Shown here in pieces: positions 19,126-29,715 of a stretch of DNA of 64,000 bases. The stretch is taken from assembly GCA_963695225.1 (NCBI GenBank), contig OY968762.1:192001-256000 (forward strand), read 5' to 3'. Position 1 is the first letter of the stretch, and every line of letters begins with the position of its first letter. The position numbers were made by a program, and so were the translations under genes. Source of the DNA: Vulcanimicrobiota bacterium. Lineage in GTDB: Bacteria; Vulcanimicrobiota; Vulcanimicrobiia; Vulcanimicrobiales; Vulcanimicrobiaceae. Under the pieces are notes generated by a model that worked only from the letters and a program-made list of their open reading frames with translations, did no database searches and was not told where the DNA came from.

Positions 19126-20025
19126 TTAGCGCGGCGCGAACGCGTGCCGAAGAGCTGCCGCGAGAGCGGCCGCATAGCACGCCAACGTTACGATCAGCAG
19201 CGACATGCCCCAATTCCGCCATGCGTTTTGAACCGCGATGAACTGCTGCTCGTCGCGAAAGACGCGATGCCGCACGGCGATTGCGTTCCCGTTCCGCCCG
19301 TAGGCGAACGCAATCCACAGGACGCCGAACACACCGACGAACGGGATGCACGACAAGAGAAGATACGACACAAAGATGCGGACGGCGGGCGCGGTGCGCC
19401 CATGCGCGAACAGCCAGAACGGCGTCAGACAAAACGCGCCCCAATTCCATTCGCCGATGAATCGCGTCCCCGGCTTCGCTTTCGCCGGAGCCTCGGCACG
19501 CAGCCGGGCGACGATCTCCGGCGCGAGCGGAAAGGTCGTGACGGCATCGTCCCAGCGGTAACGCCGGGCGATATCCGCCAACGCGTCGGCACCCAGCACC
19601 CGGTCCGCGAGCCAGCCGCGCGCGAGTTCCATCTCGATGCCCGTCTCGTCGTCGAGTCCGATCTCACCTTCGGCGCGCGCCACGTCGTAGCGGGCGCAGG
19701 CTGCAGCGAGGTCGCCGGCGGCAAGCAATGCACGGATCTCGCCGATCGCGGCCGCCGAACGATCCGGCGGATCGAGCACACCGAGCGGCGTTCGGGATTC
19801 CGCGGTATCCGATGCGGCGCCGGAGCGCCGGAGGGCGTCCGCTGCAACGGCACGGTGCGAGCGAACGAACTCAAGTGCCGCCTCGAATTCGGCCCGCAGC
19901 GCCGCGAACTCCTCGACCGAGGCATCCGTGCCTTGCGCGCGCAGCCGCGCGGCATACGCCCGGCGAATCTGCGCTTCGGTCGCATCGCCGTCCAGGCCCA
20001 AAATGGGCCAGCGGCTAGCCGTCAT
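19126..20025 (-). CDS. J-domain-like membrane protein (HscC co-chaperone-like, DUF2628-like C-terminus)
   Basis: WPILGL....[12 protein letters not shown]...[13 protein letters not shown]-terminal WNWGAF.L.PFW plus TM helices; overlaps the hscC stop. Confidence 0.75.
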   Translation of the reverse strand: MTASRWPILGLDGDATEAQIRRAYAARLRAQGTDASVEEFAALRAEFEAALEFVRSHRAVAADALRRSGAASDTAESRTPLGVLDPPDRSAAAIGEIRALLAAGDLAAACARYDVARAEGEIGLDDETGIEMELARGWLADRVLGADALADIARRYRWDDAVTTFPLAPEIVARLRAEAPAKAKPGTRFIGEWNWGAFCLTPFWLFAHGRTAPAVRIFVSYLLLSCIPFVGVFGVLWIAFAYGRNGNAIAVRHRVFRDEQQFIAVQNAWRNWGMSLLIVTLACYAAALAAALRHAFAPR

Positions 20026-21730
20026 CAAACGTCCACGCCTGTGCTTCCACTCGATCGAGGACGGCAAGCAGTTCCCTGCGGGCGCGAACGATCTCGCGCG
20101 GGTCTTGTTCTTCGAGCGCGGCCGACAAGCGGCTTCCGGCGGCCTGGATCTCGCCGCGCGCCCCGAGGTGTTCTTGAAAGACCCTGTCGGCACGCGCAAG
20201 CGCCGCAACGTTCTCGGCCTCGTCGCGCGGATGCGTTTTGAGCGCGGAGAGCTGCGCCAGACGTTCGTCGATCTGGGCTTTCGTGAGCGCCGACGTTTGA
20301 TTGGCGAAGACGTCGCGCCAGGTCTTTTGCGTGCTGCGCATCGTCACCTCGACTTCGAGGATCCCATCGCGATCGTAGGTGAAGCGCACGTCGAACTCCT
20401 CGTGCGCCTTGAGGTTCCGCGGCACCTTGACCGGAATCGCGCCGAGCCGGATGTTGTCGTGCACCAGCCGCGACTCGCCCTGAAAAACCTCGACGTTCAC
20501 GACGGTTTGGCCCAGCGTTGCGGTGGCGTACGGCTGGATGCGGCTGACCGGGATCGCGGTGTTGCGCGAGATGATCGGTGAGAAGAGTCCGCTGACCGGC
20601 TTGCCGTCGACCGTCTGCATGACTTCGATGCCCATGCTGTACGGCGCGACGTCGGTCACGACGACTTCATCGAACGCTGCGTCTTTCGCCAACAGCGCCG
20701 CGTAGACCGCGGCGCCGCGCGCAACGATTTCATCGGGATCGATGTGCGCGATCGGCATGCGGCCGAACAGGCGCGCCGCCATCCGCCGCACGTCGGGCAT
20801 CCGCGTCGCGCCGCCGGCGAGAACGATGCCGGTGATATCCTCGGGCGTGAGGCGCGAATCGCGCATCGCGCGCGCGATCGGCGTGCGCATCCGGCTCAAG
20901 AGCGGTGCGTAGAGCGCGGTGAGATCCCCTTGGCTCAGCGGTATCTCGATCGTCCGATTGTCGATCACCGCGCGCATGGTCACCGTTTGGCGGTGGCTGG
21001 CTTCGCGCTTCACCGCTTCTGCCTGACGCCGGATCTGCGCGCGCATGGGAGCGCCGTCTTTTCCGGCGAGCGACGGCGGATCGCCGGCGCGGCGCATGAA
21101 TTCGGCGACGATCGCATCGACGAAATCCTCGCCGCCCAAGAAATTGTCGCCGGCCGTCGCGCGCACTTCGACGATTCCCTCGAACTTCTCGATGATCGAC
21201 ACGTCGAAGGTGCCGCCGCCTAGATCGAGGACGACGAGCTTCGCGTCGTCGTCCTGATCTTCGAGCAGACCGTAGGCGAGCGCCGCGGCCGTCGGTTCGT
21301 TGAGGAGGCGGCGCACGTTCAGACCTGCGAGCTGCGCGGCGACCCGCGTCGCCTGCCGCTGGCCGTCGCTGAAGTAGGCCGGCACGGTTACGACCGCGTC
21401 GGTGACCGGTTCGCCGAACATCGCTTCAGCGTCTCTCTTGAGCGCCCCGAGGACGAGCGCGGAGAGCTCTTCGGCGCGAAAAGCACGGCGGCCGAGCGTG
21501 AAGGTGCGGTTCGTGCCCATCGCGCGTTTGAAGGCAAGCGCGGTGCGATCGGGGTGCGTGATCGCGCGATCGCGCGCCGCTTCTCCGATGACGATCGTCC
21601 CGGCGTCGTCGAGAAAGACCGCCGACGGCGTGAGCACTGCACCGAGCGCGTTTGGGACGAGGACCGGCTCGCCGTTGCGCACGACGGCGAGCAACGAGTT
21701 GCTCGTGCCCAAGTCGATGCCGACGATCAC
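20015..21730 (-). CDS. hscC: Hsp70-family chaperone HscC
   Basis: [40 protein letters not shown]; HscC-type short C-terminus LKTHPRDE. Confidence 0.88.
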   Translation of the reverse strand: MIVGIDLGTSNSLLAVVRNGEPVLVPNALGAVLTPSAVFLDDAGTIVIGEAARDRAITHPDRTALAFKRAMGTNRTFTLGRRAFRAEELSALVLGALKRDAEAMFGEPVTDAVVTVPAYFSDGQRQATRVAAQLAGLNVRRLLNEPTAAALAYGLLEDQDDDAKLVVLDLGGGTFDVSIIEKFEGIVEVRATAGDNFLGGEDFVDAIVAEFMRRAGDPPSLAGKDGAPMRAQIRRQAEAVKREASHRQTVTMRAVIDNRTIEIPLSQGDLTALYAPLLSRMRTPIARAMRDSRLTPEDITGIVLAGGATRMPDVRRMAARLFGRMPIAHIDPDEIVARGAAVYAALLAKDAAFDEVVVTDVAPYSMGIEVMQTVDGKPVSGLFSPIISRNTAIPVSRIQPYATATLGQTVVNVEVFQGESRLVHDNIRLGAIPVKVPRNLKAHEEFDVRFTYDRDGILEVEVTMRSTQKTWRDVFANQTSALTKAQIDERLAQLSALKTHPRDEAENVAALARADRVFQEHLGARGEIQAAGSRLSAALEEQDPREIVRARRELLAVLDRVEAQAWTFDDG

Positions 21731-22031
21731 GCCGGCTTCCTCGACTCACGGGCGGTTCCCGCGGCGGCGCTGCAAAAGCTCCCGTCAGCGGGATCCACCC
21801 GGGTTACCAGCCGAGTCCGGCACTGTGATGATGCATCCGCCATTCGACCTCCTATGGGCACACACTAATCGCGACCCCAACCAGCCGGCTTCCTTCCGGC
21901 ATCTACCGGAACGAGCGGGGAGGTCCGACCTCTGCCGCAACGAGCGCATCGTCCGATTCGGTCGAAACGGGCCCGACCGGCCGCCTTTCCGCCCCCGAGC
22001 GCAGGGCGTGGGATGTAGCGGTTTGCGGGCC

Positions 22032-24224
22032 TCAGCGCGGAATCGTCGTCGGTATGCCGGCGAAGAGCGGGCTTCCGCTCTGCCACAACAGGAAGCTGAA
22101 CTCGTCGGTCAGCAGCGAGATCTGCTGCGCGCGCGAGGCTGCAAGGAGCCCGTGCCCCGCATCGTAATCGACGCGCAGCAGAACGGGGCGGCCGCTCGAG
22201 GACGCTCGCTGCAGCCGCGCGACGAACTTTGCGACCTGCCAGGGGGCGACGCGCGGATCGTTGATGCCCGTCACGCCCATGACGGCCGGATACTTGCGGC
22301 CGTCGACGATGCGCTGGTAGGCGTCCATCGCGTAGAGCGCCTTGAAGCCCGCTTCGTTCTTCGAAGAGCCGAACTCCGGGATGTTGGCGGGGCCGGTCGG
22401 TTCGGTTTCGGCGCGTAGCGCGTCGGTCATCCCCACGACGTCGAGCGCCGCAGCGAAGAGCTCCGGGTGCTGGGCGATCGCGCCGCCGACCGTGATGCCT
22501 CCGGCGCTCGTCCCCTCGATCGACAGGCGCGCGGGCGACGTGTAGCCGTGCGATATCAAGTAACGCGCCGCCGCGATTGCATCGTCGATGGTGTGCTGTT
22601 TCCGTGCGCCCTTTCCGGCCAGGCGCCAATCTTCTCCGTACTCTCCGCCGCCGCGGACGTGCGCGACGACCCAGACGCCGCCCGCGTCGACCCACGCGAA
22701 CCGCGAACCGAGAAAATACGGATCGATGTTGAGCCCGTACGAGCCGTATGCCTCGAGGTAAGCCGGGCTCGAGCCGTCGAGCGGCGTGCCGCGCTTCATC
22801 ACGATCGAGAGGGGAACCATCGCGCCGTCCGTGCTCGGCGCGGTCACCTCGAGCGACACGTACACCGACGTATCGATCTCGGGGGCCTTGCGAATCCCGG
22901 TATCGGCCAGCCTTCCGGCCGCGTCGAGCGAATAGATCAGCAGCGGCTTCGTCCACGAAGCGAGACCGGCAACGGCCCCACCGGCGCGCGGATCCGTCGA
23001 GAACTCCGCTAGCGTCCCGGGGAACGGCAGCGCCACGTCCGCGACTGGACCCGCGCTGCCGTCGGCTTGCCAAGGCAGCTTGCGCAGTTGCGCGGGTCCG
23101 CCGAGGATGCCGCGCACGTACAACCCGTCGGCCGCCACGGCGACCTGCTGGATCACGCCTTCGCCCTGCGGGACGATCGTCGTGGCGGTCGCGGCCGTTG
23201 CGTCCGGGCGCGAGAGGTCGAGCGCGGTCACCTTATAGCGCAGCGCATCCTTGTGCGTCAGCAGATATGCGACGTTGCCATGCAGATCGAATCCCGTTAC
23301 AGCATCGTCGACATCGGCGATCTTGCGCCATGGAATCGGCGAACGCGCGAGCGCGTCGACCGGGGCGACGTAGAGCGTCTGTTCGAACTGGACGCCGTGA
23401 AAGATGTAGCCGATCGCGTAGTTCGAAGCCGGCGAGATTGCGACGTAGGCAAGATCGTTCGGGACAAGGGGAATCTTGGGATCGACTCCGATGCCGAGCA
23501 CGGGCGTATCCGGGCCCGCCGTACCGACGACGTGCCGGTACGCGATCGCACGGAATCCGCGCTCGGCCTTGTGCCCTGGCGCGGCATGCAGCATCTGTCC
23601 GTAGTACACGGCCTTCCCGTCGGGGCTCCACGCCGAAGCGCCGCCCCAGGTATGCGGGATGTCCTCGGGGAGCAGGTTGCCCGTTGCGGTCTCGACGATG
23701 CGCAGGTGCGTCTCGTACTCTTCGCCGCCGGGCACGATGCCGACCGCGACCTTCGTACCGTCGTACGACGGCACGACGTCCGACAGCGAGAGATGTGCCG
23801 TCGAGCCGAGCTTCTTGCGGAGCGCATCCGGATCGAGCAGGAGGCGGGCCGGCGCGTCTCCGGTTCGCACCATCAAACGCGCGTCGTCGGCTCCCGTCGG
23901 GCGCTCCAAGTAGAAAACCGAATCTTGCACGCGCGTCACGCTCGAGATCGTGGCACCGGCGTCGGTGAGTCGCGTGATATCGTTGCGAAGGCGATCGCGG
24001 CCCGGCCCGAGTTGCGCGAGCACCGCATTCGTGTACCCGGCTTGGCGCTTCAAGAAGACCTGAACCGGCCCGTTCTTGAGATCCTCGAGAAACCGGTACG
24101 GGTCGGTCAAGGCCGCACCGCCCGGGTACTTGTCGACGACCGGCTGCGGCGGCAAGCGTGGCGGCGCCGCCGGCCAAACGAATGTCGAAGTTGCGAAAAC
24201 GGCGGCAGCGAAAAGACGAAACAT
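22032..24224 (-). CDS. Prolyl oligopeptidase (S9A), secreted
   Basis: DPYRFLE, RGGGEYG, GTSAGG, DPRV, AGHG; signal peptide. Confidence 0.93.
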   Translation of the reverse strand: MFRLFAAAVFATSTFVWPAAPPRLPPQPVVDKYPGGAALTDPYRFLEDLKNGPVQVFLKRQAGYTNAVLAQLGPGRDRLRNDITRLTDAGATISSVTRVQDSVFYLERPTGADDARLMVRTGDAPARLLLDPDALRKKLGSTAHLSLSDVVPSYDGTKVAVGIVPGGEEYETHLRIVETATGNLLPEDIPHTWGGASAWSPDGKAVYYGQMLHAAPGHKAERGFRAIAYRHVVGTAGPDTPVLGIGVDPKIPLVPNDLAYVAISPASNYAIGYIFHGVQFEQTLYVAPVDALARSPIPWRKIADVDDAVTGFDLHGNVAYLLTHKDALRYKVTALDLSRPDATAATATTIVPQGEGVIQQVAVAADGLYVRGILGGPAQLRKLPWQADGSAGPVADVALPFPGTLAEFSTDPRAGGAVAGLASWTKPLLIYSLDAAGRLADTGIRKAPEIDTSVYVSLEVTAPSTDGAMVPLSIVMKRGTPLDGSSPAYLEAYGSYGLNIDPYFLGSRFAWVDAGGVWVVAHVRGGGEYGEDWRLAGKGARKQHTIDDAIAAARYLISHGYTSPARLSIEGTSAGGITVGGAIAQHPELFAAALDVVGMTDALRAETEPTGPANIPEFGSSKNEAGFKALYAMDAYQRIVDGRKYPAVMGVTGINDPRVAPWQVAKFVARLQRASSSGRPVLLRVDYDAGHGLLAASRAQQISLLTDEFSFLLWQSGSPLFAGIPTTIPR

Positions 24225-24560
24225 AGTCGCGAACCTCGCACGGCTGCTTCGAGTCTAGCTCCGGCGTAGGCTCGCGCGACTCCTCGTGCGCGCTGACGCG
24301 CCTCCGCCGCCTTTGTACGTGCCTTATCGAACGTTCGCTCCCGACGTTTCCGCAGCGGCGTTCCAAGCCTTCGATCCTTTTGCTCCGCCGAACTTCGGAA
24401 AGCGCCGAATCCTGCGAACCTCGTGCCTCACCAAAGTGGAACCGTTCTGCTGACGTGAGATCGCGAAGTGAGCGCCGGTCAAGCCTCGAACGCGCGGATT
24501 CTCGTGCTCATGCGGGGACCGTTTCGTCGATACACTGCATTCTCGGTCGAGGAATCGCAC

Positions 24561-27500
24561 TCACCTGATCGCGGGGACGACGAGATCGTCTATCGAGGTG
24601 AGGGGCCGCAGCGCTTGATCGGCTTCGGCACTCCCGGCGTCGCGAGCTTGGTCGGCGGCGTGCACGACGTCCGGGAACTTCACGTCGAGCATGGCCTCGA
24701 GCTTCTTCGTCGCGAGTTCGAAAACTTGGAACGGGTCGAGATCGATGTCCGCTTCCATCTCGTCGACGAGCTTCTCTTGACTGAGAAGGAACGCGAAGGC
24801 GCCGAAGCCGCCGGCGTCGAGCGGTGCGAGCACGATCTTCCAAAACGCGGTCGGCACGAGAACTCCGTTCTTCTCAGGATCCTTATCGGAGAAGACGGGG
24901 CCGGCGAAGAGCGAGAGCTTCGGTTTCTTCGATTTCGATTCGGAGGCGATGCGGTTTTCGAGTTCGCCCCACAATCCGGCTTGTTGGGAGCGGTTGAACG
25001 CCGGGTGTTGCGGCGTGCAATTCGTGAAGTGAAACGAATCGAAGTTCGCGTAGACGGCTTCGCTATCCGTGCTGCCCCAATAGTTGTCCTCGCGGCGGAC
25101 GACGTGGCCGTGATCGAACCCGGAGCCCCGGTAGAAAGAGTCGCCGATCTGCGCGTCCTTCGGGATGCGCGGGTCGTAGATCCATGCATCGGCCGCCCCG
25201 CCGGCAAGCGCCTTGCGTCCTTGCGTCCCCGTCAGCGCCCGGTCGGAATTGCTGGCGGCCCAGTACAGCAGATTGCGGCCCGCGCTCATCACGAGCGAGT
25301 AATGGTAGTAGTCGAGGATGTCGTCCTCTCCGTTCGTACGCTTCGTCGAGCGAGCCGAAGGCTTGAGGGCCGGCTCCGGTATCGAACCGTTCGGCGCAAG
25401 AAAATCCGGATCGTATCCCTTGCGCCGGTCGTATGCCGGATCGATGACGAGCTTCTCGGATGCCGCTTCGTCGCGGTGCGGCGCCGGCAGCGGTTCGACC
25501 GGCTTGGGCTCGGCGGAGACGCCGGCGCGAAATCTCATTTGTACGACCGCGGCTAACGGCGCGGTGACGACGATCCGCCCGTCGAGCTGCGAGAGCACGA
25601 CCTCATCATCAGCAGCCTCGCGATCCCGCCTCGGCAAGATCGCTCCGGTCTCGATCGAAGGCGTCGCTCGCCCCGGCGCGCCGTTGCTCGTCACCGGCGC
25701 GCCGTTGCTCGTCACCGGCGCCGCGGGCGCGTTCGAGGAGCCTTCGGATCCGACGGCTTGTCCGTCGCAGACTCGCAAGACGAGGTCTCGCAGCGGGTGC
25801 GCGGGTTGCGAGCGCAGCGCACTGACGATGAGGCTCACGCGAATGCCTTCGTTCCCGAGCCACTTCACCTGTGCATCCGTTGGGTTCGGCGGCGCGGGCC
25901 GGCCGTCGGGCCCGAGCCAGCGGCCCTGCGCGTCGGTATCCGGAACGCCGGAATGATGCAGGGCCACGACTTGCCACGAATCGTTGAAGACCGGCGATCC
26001 GGACGAACCGGGAGCCGTATCGGTTGCGTAGAGGAGCGTCGTATCGGCAATCTTCAGGAGTTGATTCTCGCGTGCCGCCACTTGTTTCGGGAGACCGGAG
26101 GGATGTTGGATGATCGAGACCCACTCAGCGACGGTCACTTTGCCGACCTGACCGTTGAGCCGGAGCCACCCGAAATCGGAGAGGCTCCGCCCCGAAACCG
26201 AATCGACCGGCGCGACGGCGACGAACGAGAAGTCGAGAACGTCCTGCGGGCTCGTGAAGAAGAAGCGGTCTGGTTGAAGGGCGAAGCGCGCGGTCGGTTT
26301 GGGATTGCCCGCGATGTCGAATTCGTAGCCGAACTCCGCGATCGCGCTCGCCGCCGTCGCGGCGTCTTCGAGCACGTGATGGTTCGTGAGGACGACACCC
26401 GGTCCGACGAGGAATCCCGTGCCGTAGCCGACCTCGCGCTGCGCGCCGTCGCGCAGGATGATCCGGCATACCGACTTGCCCGCGGCGGTTCCTCGCTCGA
26501 ACCAATTGATGTCGAGCAGGTCGTTCTCGCCCATGATGCGCTCGTAATCGAGAGCGGTCGGGCGCGCGTCGGTCGCAGCCAACGCGGATACTCGGGCCGA
26601 TGGAACCGTCGTGTTCGGCGGTGCCGCCTCAACGGTGCGGCGTATCTCGGCGATGTCCGCCGGCGTCAGGTTGCTGACCAGCGTCGTCGAGGCGGGAGCG
26701 TGCAGTCCAGCGCGAGGATCGCTCGTGACGGGGCCTACCGTAACGAGCAACGCTTCGTCGCTCTTCGCCGGTGCGCAGTCTCCGAGGTCCGTGGTGCCGT
26801 CGAGGAGGTGCCGGTACGTGCTCATCGCGTGGGCGCAGCCCGGCGAGGATTTTGCCTTGCCCGTCGAGTCCAGCTGCTGCAATGTATCGACGTGCTGATA
26901 GCCCAGGATGTCGAACGGCGCATCGGGCACTTTGTCGGCGTTGTTGGCGATGCGCCACGTCGTGGGCACCGCGTTGTTGTAGGCGGCCGCGAAGTCTTTG
27001 TCGCCGACGCGCGGCGAGCCGAACGTGTAGACGACCGCCGAACCGAGGTGCCCCTCGACGGCGTTCTCGAGGGCATACAACGTCACGAGCGCCGCGCCGA
27101 GACTGTGCCCGACGACGACGGTCGGCGCCGCCGCTTCCGTGGCGGACGCCGGACGCCTTCTGAGGACCACGCCCGCGACGGCCGCGGCGAACGAAGGCGC
27201 CGCTTCGGCGCCCTGGCCGATGCTGAAGGCTTCTCCGGCGCGAGTCGCCGCTGCCGCCTTCTCCACATCGTAGACGAGCAGCGTTGAATAGATGCGCGCG
27301 AAACCGGTAGAAACTAGCCCGGTCGGTAACGCCCCGGACTTGAAGGGCTGGAACGTGATGACGAAGTCGTCGTACCATTCCATCCAGCCGACCGTCCCGC
27401 GCAACGCGAGGACGACCCCGGGCCCGTCTTCCTGCGTCGCGATGTACCCGTAGAACCGCTCGACCGTCGGGCCGATCGGCGGAAAGTCGCGCATCGTGAC

Positions 27501-27674
27501 CCACGCCGCGTTCTTCCAACCCGCCGGAAGCACGATATCGGGCTTGAGGTTCGACTCGTCGGGTGCGTGCGCCGCATAGGCGGCCTCGACGAAAGCGCCG
27601 TAGCCGGCGGCTTCGATCGGATCGAACGTGGGCGTACTGCTGCGAGCGTTGGAGAGGTCTGAAAGGACTGCCAT
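24561..27674 (-). CDS. Lipase class 3 + trypsin-like serine protease + DNA/RNA non-specific endonuclease fusion
   Basis: LRGT/GHSLG/FGSPRVG/DKVP; TNHH/LDF/GSSGSPV; DHGH/TNCTPQ/FN/WGELE in one 1037-aa frame. Confidence 0.9.
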   Translation of the reverse strand: MAVLSDLSNARSSTPTFDPIEAAGYGAFVEAAYAAHAPDESNLKPDIVLPAGWKNAAWVTMRDFPPIGPTVERFYGYIATQEDGPGVVLALRGTVGWMEWYDDFVITFQPFKSGALPTGLVSTGFARIYSTLLVYDVEKAAAATRAGEAFSIGQGAEAAPSFAAAVAGVVLRRRPASATEAAAPTVVVGHSLGAALVTLYALENAVEGHLGSAVVYTFGSPRVGDKDFAAAYNNAVPTTWRIANNADKVPDAPFDILGYQHVDTLQQLDSTGKAKSSPGCAHAMSTYRHLLDGTTDLGDCAPAKSDEALLVTVGPVTSDPRAGLHAPASTTLVSNLTPADIAEIRRTVEAAPPNTTVPSARVSALAATDARPTALDYERIMGENDLLDINWFERGTAAGKSVCRIILRDGAQREVGYGTGFLVGPGVVLTNHHVLEDAATAASAIAEFGYEFDIAGNPKPTARFALQPDRFFFTSPQDVLDFSFVAVAPVDSVSGRSLSDFGWLRLNGQVGKVTVAEWVSIIQHPSGLPKQVAARENQLLKIADTTLLYATDTAPGSSGSPVFNDSWQVVALHHSGVPDTDAQGRWLGPDGRPAPPNPTDAQVKWLGNEGIRVSLIVSALRSQPAHPLRDLVLRVCDGQAVGSEGSSNAPAAPVTSNGAPVTSNGAPGRATPSIETGAILPRRDREAADDEVVLSQLDGRIVVTAPLAAVVQMRFRAGVSAEPKPVEPLPAPHRDEAASEKLVIDPAYDRRKGYDPDFLAPNGSIPEPALKPSARSTKRTNGEDDILDYYHYSLVMSAGRNLLYWAASNSDRALTGTQGRKALAGGAADAWIYDPRIPKDAQIGDSFYRGSGFDHGHVVRREDNYWGSTDSEAVYANFDSFHFTNCTPQHPAFNRSQQAGLWGELENRIASESKSKKPKLSLFAGPVFSDKDPEKNGVLVPTAFWKIVLAPLDAGGFGAFAFLLSQEKLVDEMEADIDLDPFQVFELATKKLEAMLDVKFPDVVHAADQARDAGSAEADQALRPLTSIDDLVVPAIR
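25673..25721. repeat. 21-bp tandem repeat x2.3 in an interdomain linker (APVTSNG)
   Basis: CCGGCGCGCCGTTGCTCGTCA twice plus a partial copy. Confidence 0.9.
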
Positions 27675-28205
27675 GTCGTCGCCCTTTCCGGGGCAGGGCC
27701 CCGTCGCCGATACTTCACGCGGCCGTTTGCGACCGCACCCGCATCCGCATCGCGGCCTATATCCGCATCATATTATCCGGGATCTCCGTCCGAAATGCGT
27801 CCGCGGCTCGAACGGGAACGATGCCGCGCGCGGGCCACTTTCGGAGGATGAAGCCGTGCGGTAGTTTGGATAGATCAACGAAAGAATAAAAGGCACGCTT
27901 GGTACGCCGGCGAGTAGCCGGCCGGCGAACGAGCCGACTCAAGCAGAGCGGAGCGCTCCGGGCTCTTCGAAAAGATGCGCTGCGCCTTCGACGCTCGCCG
28001 GCTCGGCCGGTGAGCGCCACGGGCGTTACGAGACTTGCACCGCTGCCATGACGACCGGACCCGACGCCGGCACCGTACTTGGGATGGCCGCGGCCGGTAG
28101 TTTTCCAAGAAGAGCGGGGACCCGGCTGCGCCGTGCGCAACGACGATCGGGCTCGGCGTGCGGGGAATTCCGAACCACGCGGCATGTGATGGGAGATTCT
28201 TGAGA

Positions 28206-28694
28206 GTGACGAGAGCTAACGTCTTTGTGTTCGGGATTTGCTTCGCGCTGGTCGCGCCCGAGATGGTCTTAGCGCAAGATCCAGCGGTGAAGATGCCCGC
28301 CGGAGTGTGGCATTATCGGTCGATCGCTTGCGTCGACTCCACGGTCACCGCCGTAACGCCGCGGCTTTCGAACATGGGCCAGAAGACGTTCTCGGCGGCG
28401 GATTTTGAAAACAGCGGCGTCCAGGTGACCTTTGCGACGCATCTTGGTATGACGCCGGCGTTTCCATCCGCCTTTGCGGGCGTCGTGCATTATCAAGATA
28501 CCGCCGGCAACGGCGTGATGATTGCCGAGCGCCCCGGCGATCGCGTGCAGGTCTGCTTCCTCGGGGGGCCGGTGCCCACGCAGTTTTGCAATCCGGACAC
28601 GGACTCGCGCGGCCGATCGTACCGCGTGTACGATTACCGCCAGCACAACTCGTATTCGGGCGAGAACGGTGAACATACGTGCGGCGGCGCCTGA
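28206..28694 (+). CDS. Hypothetical secreted Cys-containing protein
   Basis: Signal peptide ending VLA-Q; C-terminal HTCGGA; start codon uncertain. Confidence 0.7.
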   Translation: MTRANVFVFGICFALVAPEMVLAQDPAVKMPAGVWHYRSIACVDSTVTAVTPRLSNMGQKTFSAADFENSGVQVTFATHLGMTPAFPSAFAGVVHYQDTAGNGVMIAERPGDRVQVCFLGGPVPTQFCNPDTDSRGRSYRVYDYRQHNSYSGENGEHTCGGA

Positions 28695-28843
28695 GGGGAT
28701 CGCATCTCGGCCTCGCTTCGCGTGGGACTTCGATCGAATGAGCAACCGCCGCGTTTGACGTAAGATGAGTGCGTTGCGCCGGGCGTTCCGGCGCGGCGAA
28801 CGAAAGGCTGGGTGGCGGGTATGAGCGCGCTGCAGGGTACTCG

Positions 28844-29212
28844 ATGACGAAAACGGCGGGCTCGCTGTGCGCCCTGAAATGGCTGGCAAGAGCCTTGAGT
28901 GTCGCGGCGGTCGGCGCCATAGTGTTGTTTGCCTTCGGGGAAGGGGCGCATCTTTCGAGGCTCACGGCGAGCGAACTCGTTCTGTTCTTGTTCTTCCCGC
29001 TCGGCGTCTGCCTGGGGATGGTCGTGGCATGGCGCTGGGAGGGCGCCGGCTCGGGCATCACGATCGCGAGCCTCGCCGCATTTTATGCCGCACACCGGCT
29101 CGTCTCGCCGGGATTCCCGAGAGGCTTCGCCTTTGCAGCGCTGGCCTCACCGGCGTTCTTGTTTCTGCTGCATTGGCTCTTGAAGCGCACGTCGCAGCCG
29201 CAGCCGAACTGA
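28844..29212 (+). CDS. Small 4-TM membrane protein
   Basis: Four hydrophobic segments, AWRWE.AG motif. Confidence 0.75.
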   Translation: MTKTAGSLCALKWLARALSVAAVGAIVLFAFGEGAHLSRLTASELVLFLFFPLGVCLGMVVAWRWEGAGSGITIASLAAFYAAHRLVSPGFPRGFAFAALASPAFLFLLHWLLKRTSQPQPN

Positions 29213-29337
29213 GCCGGACGCTTTGGTAAGCGTCTTGCGCCCGTTTGCTCGACCGAGGCGTGCCGGTGACCGGCGTCCGCGAGCGCTCGCCGGCCCGGAT
29301 TTCGGCGAACGGTCGGGGCCATGGCCAATCGCGTGGT

Positions 29338-29381
29338 TTGACATCAGACCGGCGTGCGTCTATAATTAACCATATGGTTAA
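29338..29381 (+). promoter_or_regulatory. Consensus sigma-70 promoter with perfect 16-bp palindromic operator over the start codon
   Basis: TTGACA(29338)-17 bp-TATAAT(29361); TTAACCATATGGTTAA at 29366-29381. Confidence 0.9.
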
Positions 29382-29715
29382 CAGTCTGCAGCTCGATCGG
29401 GTGTTCTCGGCGCTTGGCGATCCCACGCGGCGTCGAATCGTCGAGCGTCTGGCGCGGGGCAGCATGACCGTCGGGGAGATCGCCGCCGGATTCCCGATAT
29501 CGGCGCCCGCCATCACGAAGCATCTCAAGGTCCTCGAAAACTCCGGCGTGCTCCACCGCGATATCTCAGGTCGCGTGCATCGGTGCCGGCTCGAACCCAA
29601 GGCCATGCACGCTGCCAGTTCTTGGCTCGAGGCGCAGGAGGCGTTCTGGAACGCCGCCCTCGACCGTCTCGATATTGAAATCACCGGCAAGAACCACAGG
29701 AGGAAGGCACCATGA
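29374..29715 (+). CDS. ArsR/SmtB family transcriptional regulator
   Basis: FSALGDPTRRRI, PAITKHLKVLE..G, GRV. Confidence 0.92.
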   Translation: MVNSLQLDRVFSALGDPTRRRIVERLARGSMTVGEIAAGFPISAPAITKHLKVLENSGVLHRDISGRVHRCRLEPKAMHAASSWLEAQEAFWNAALDRLDIEITGKNHRRKAP

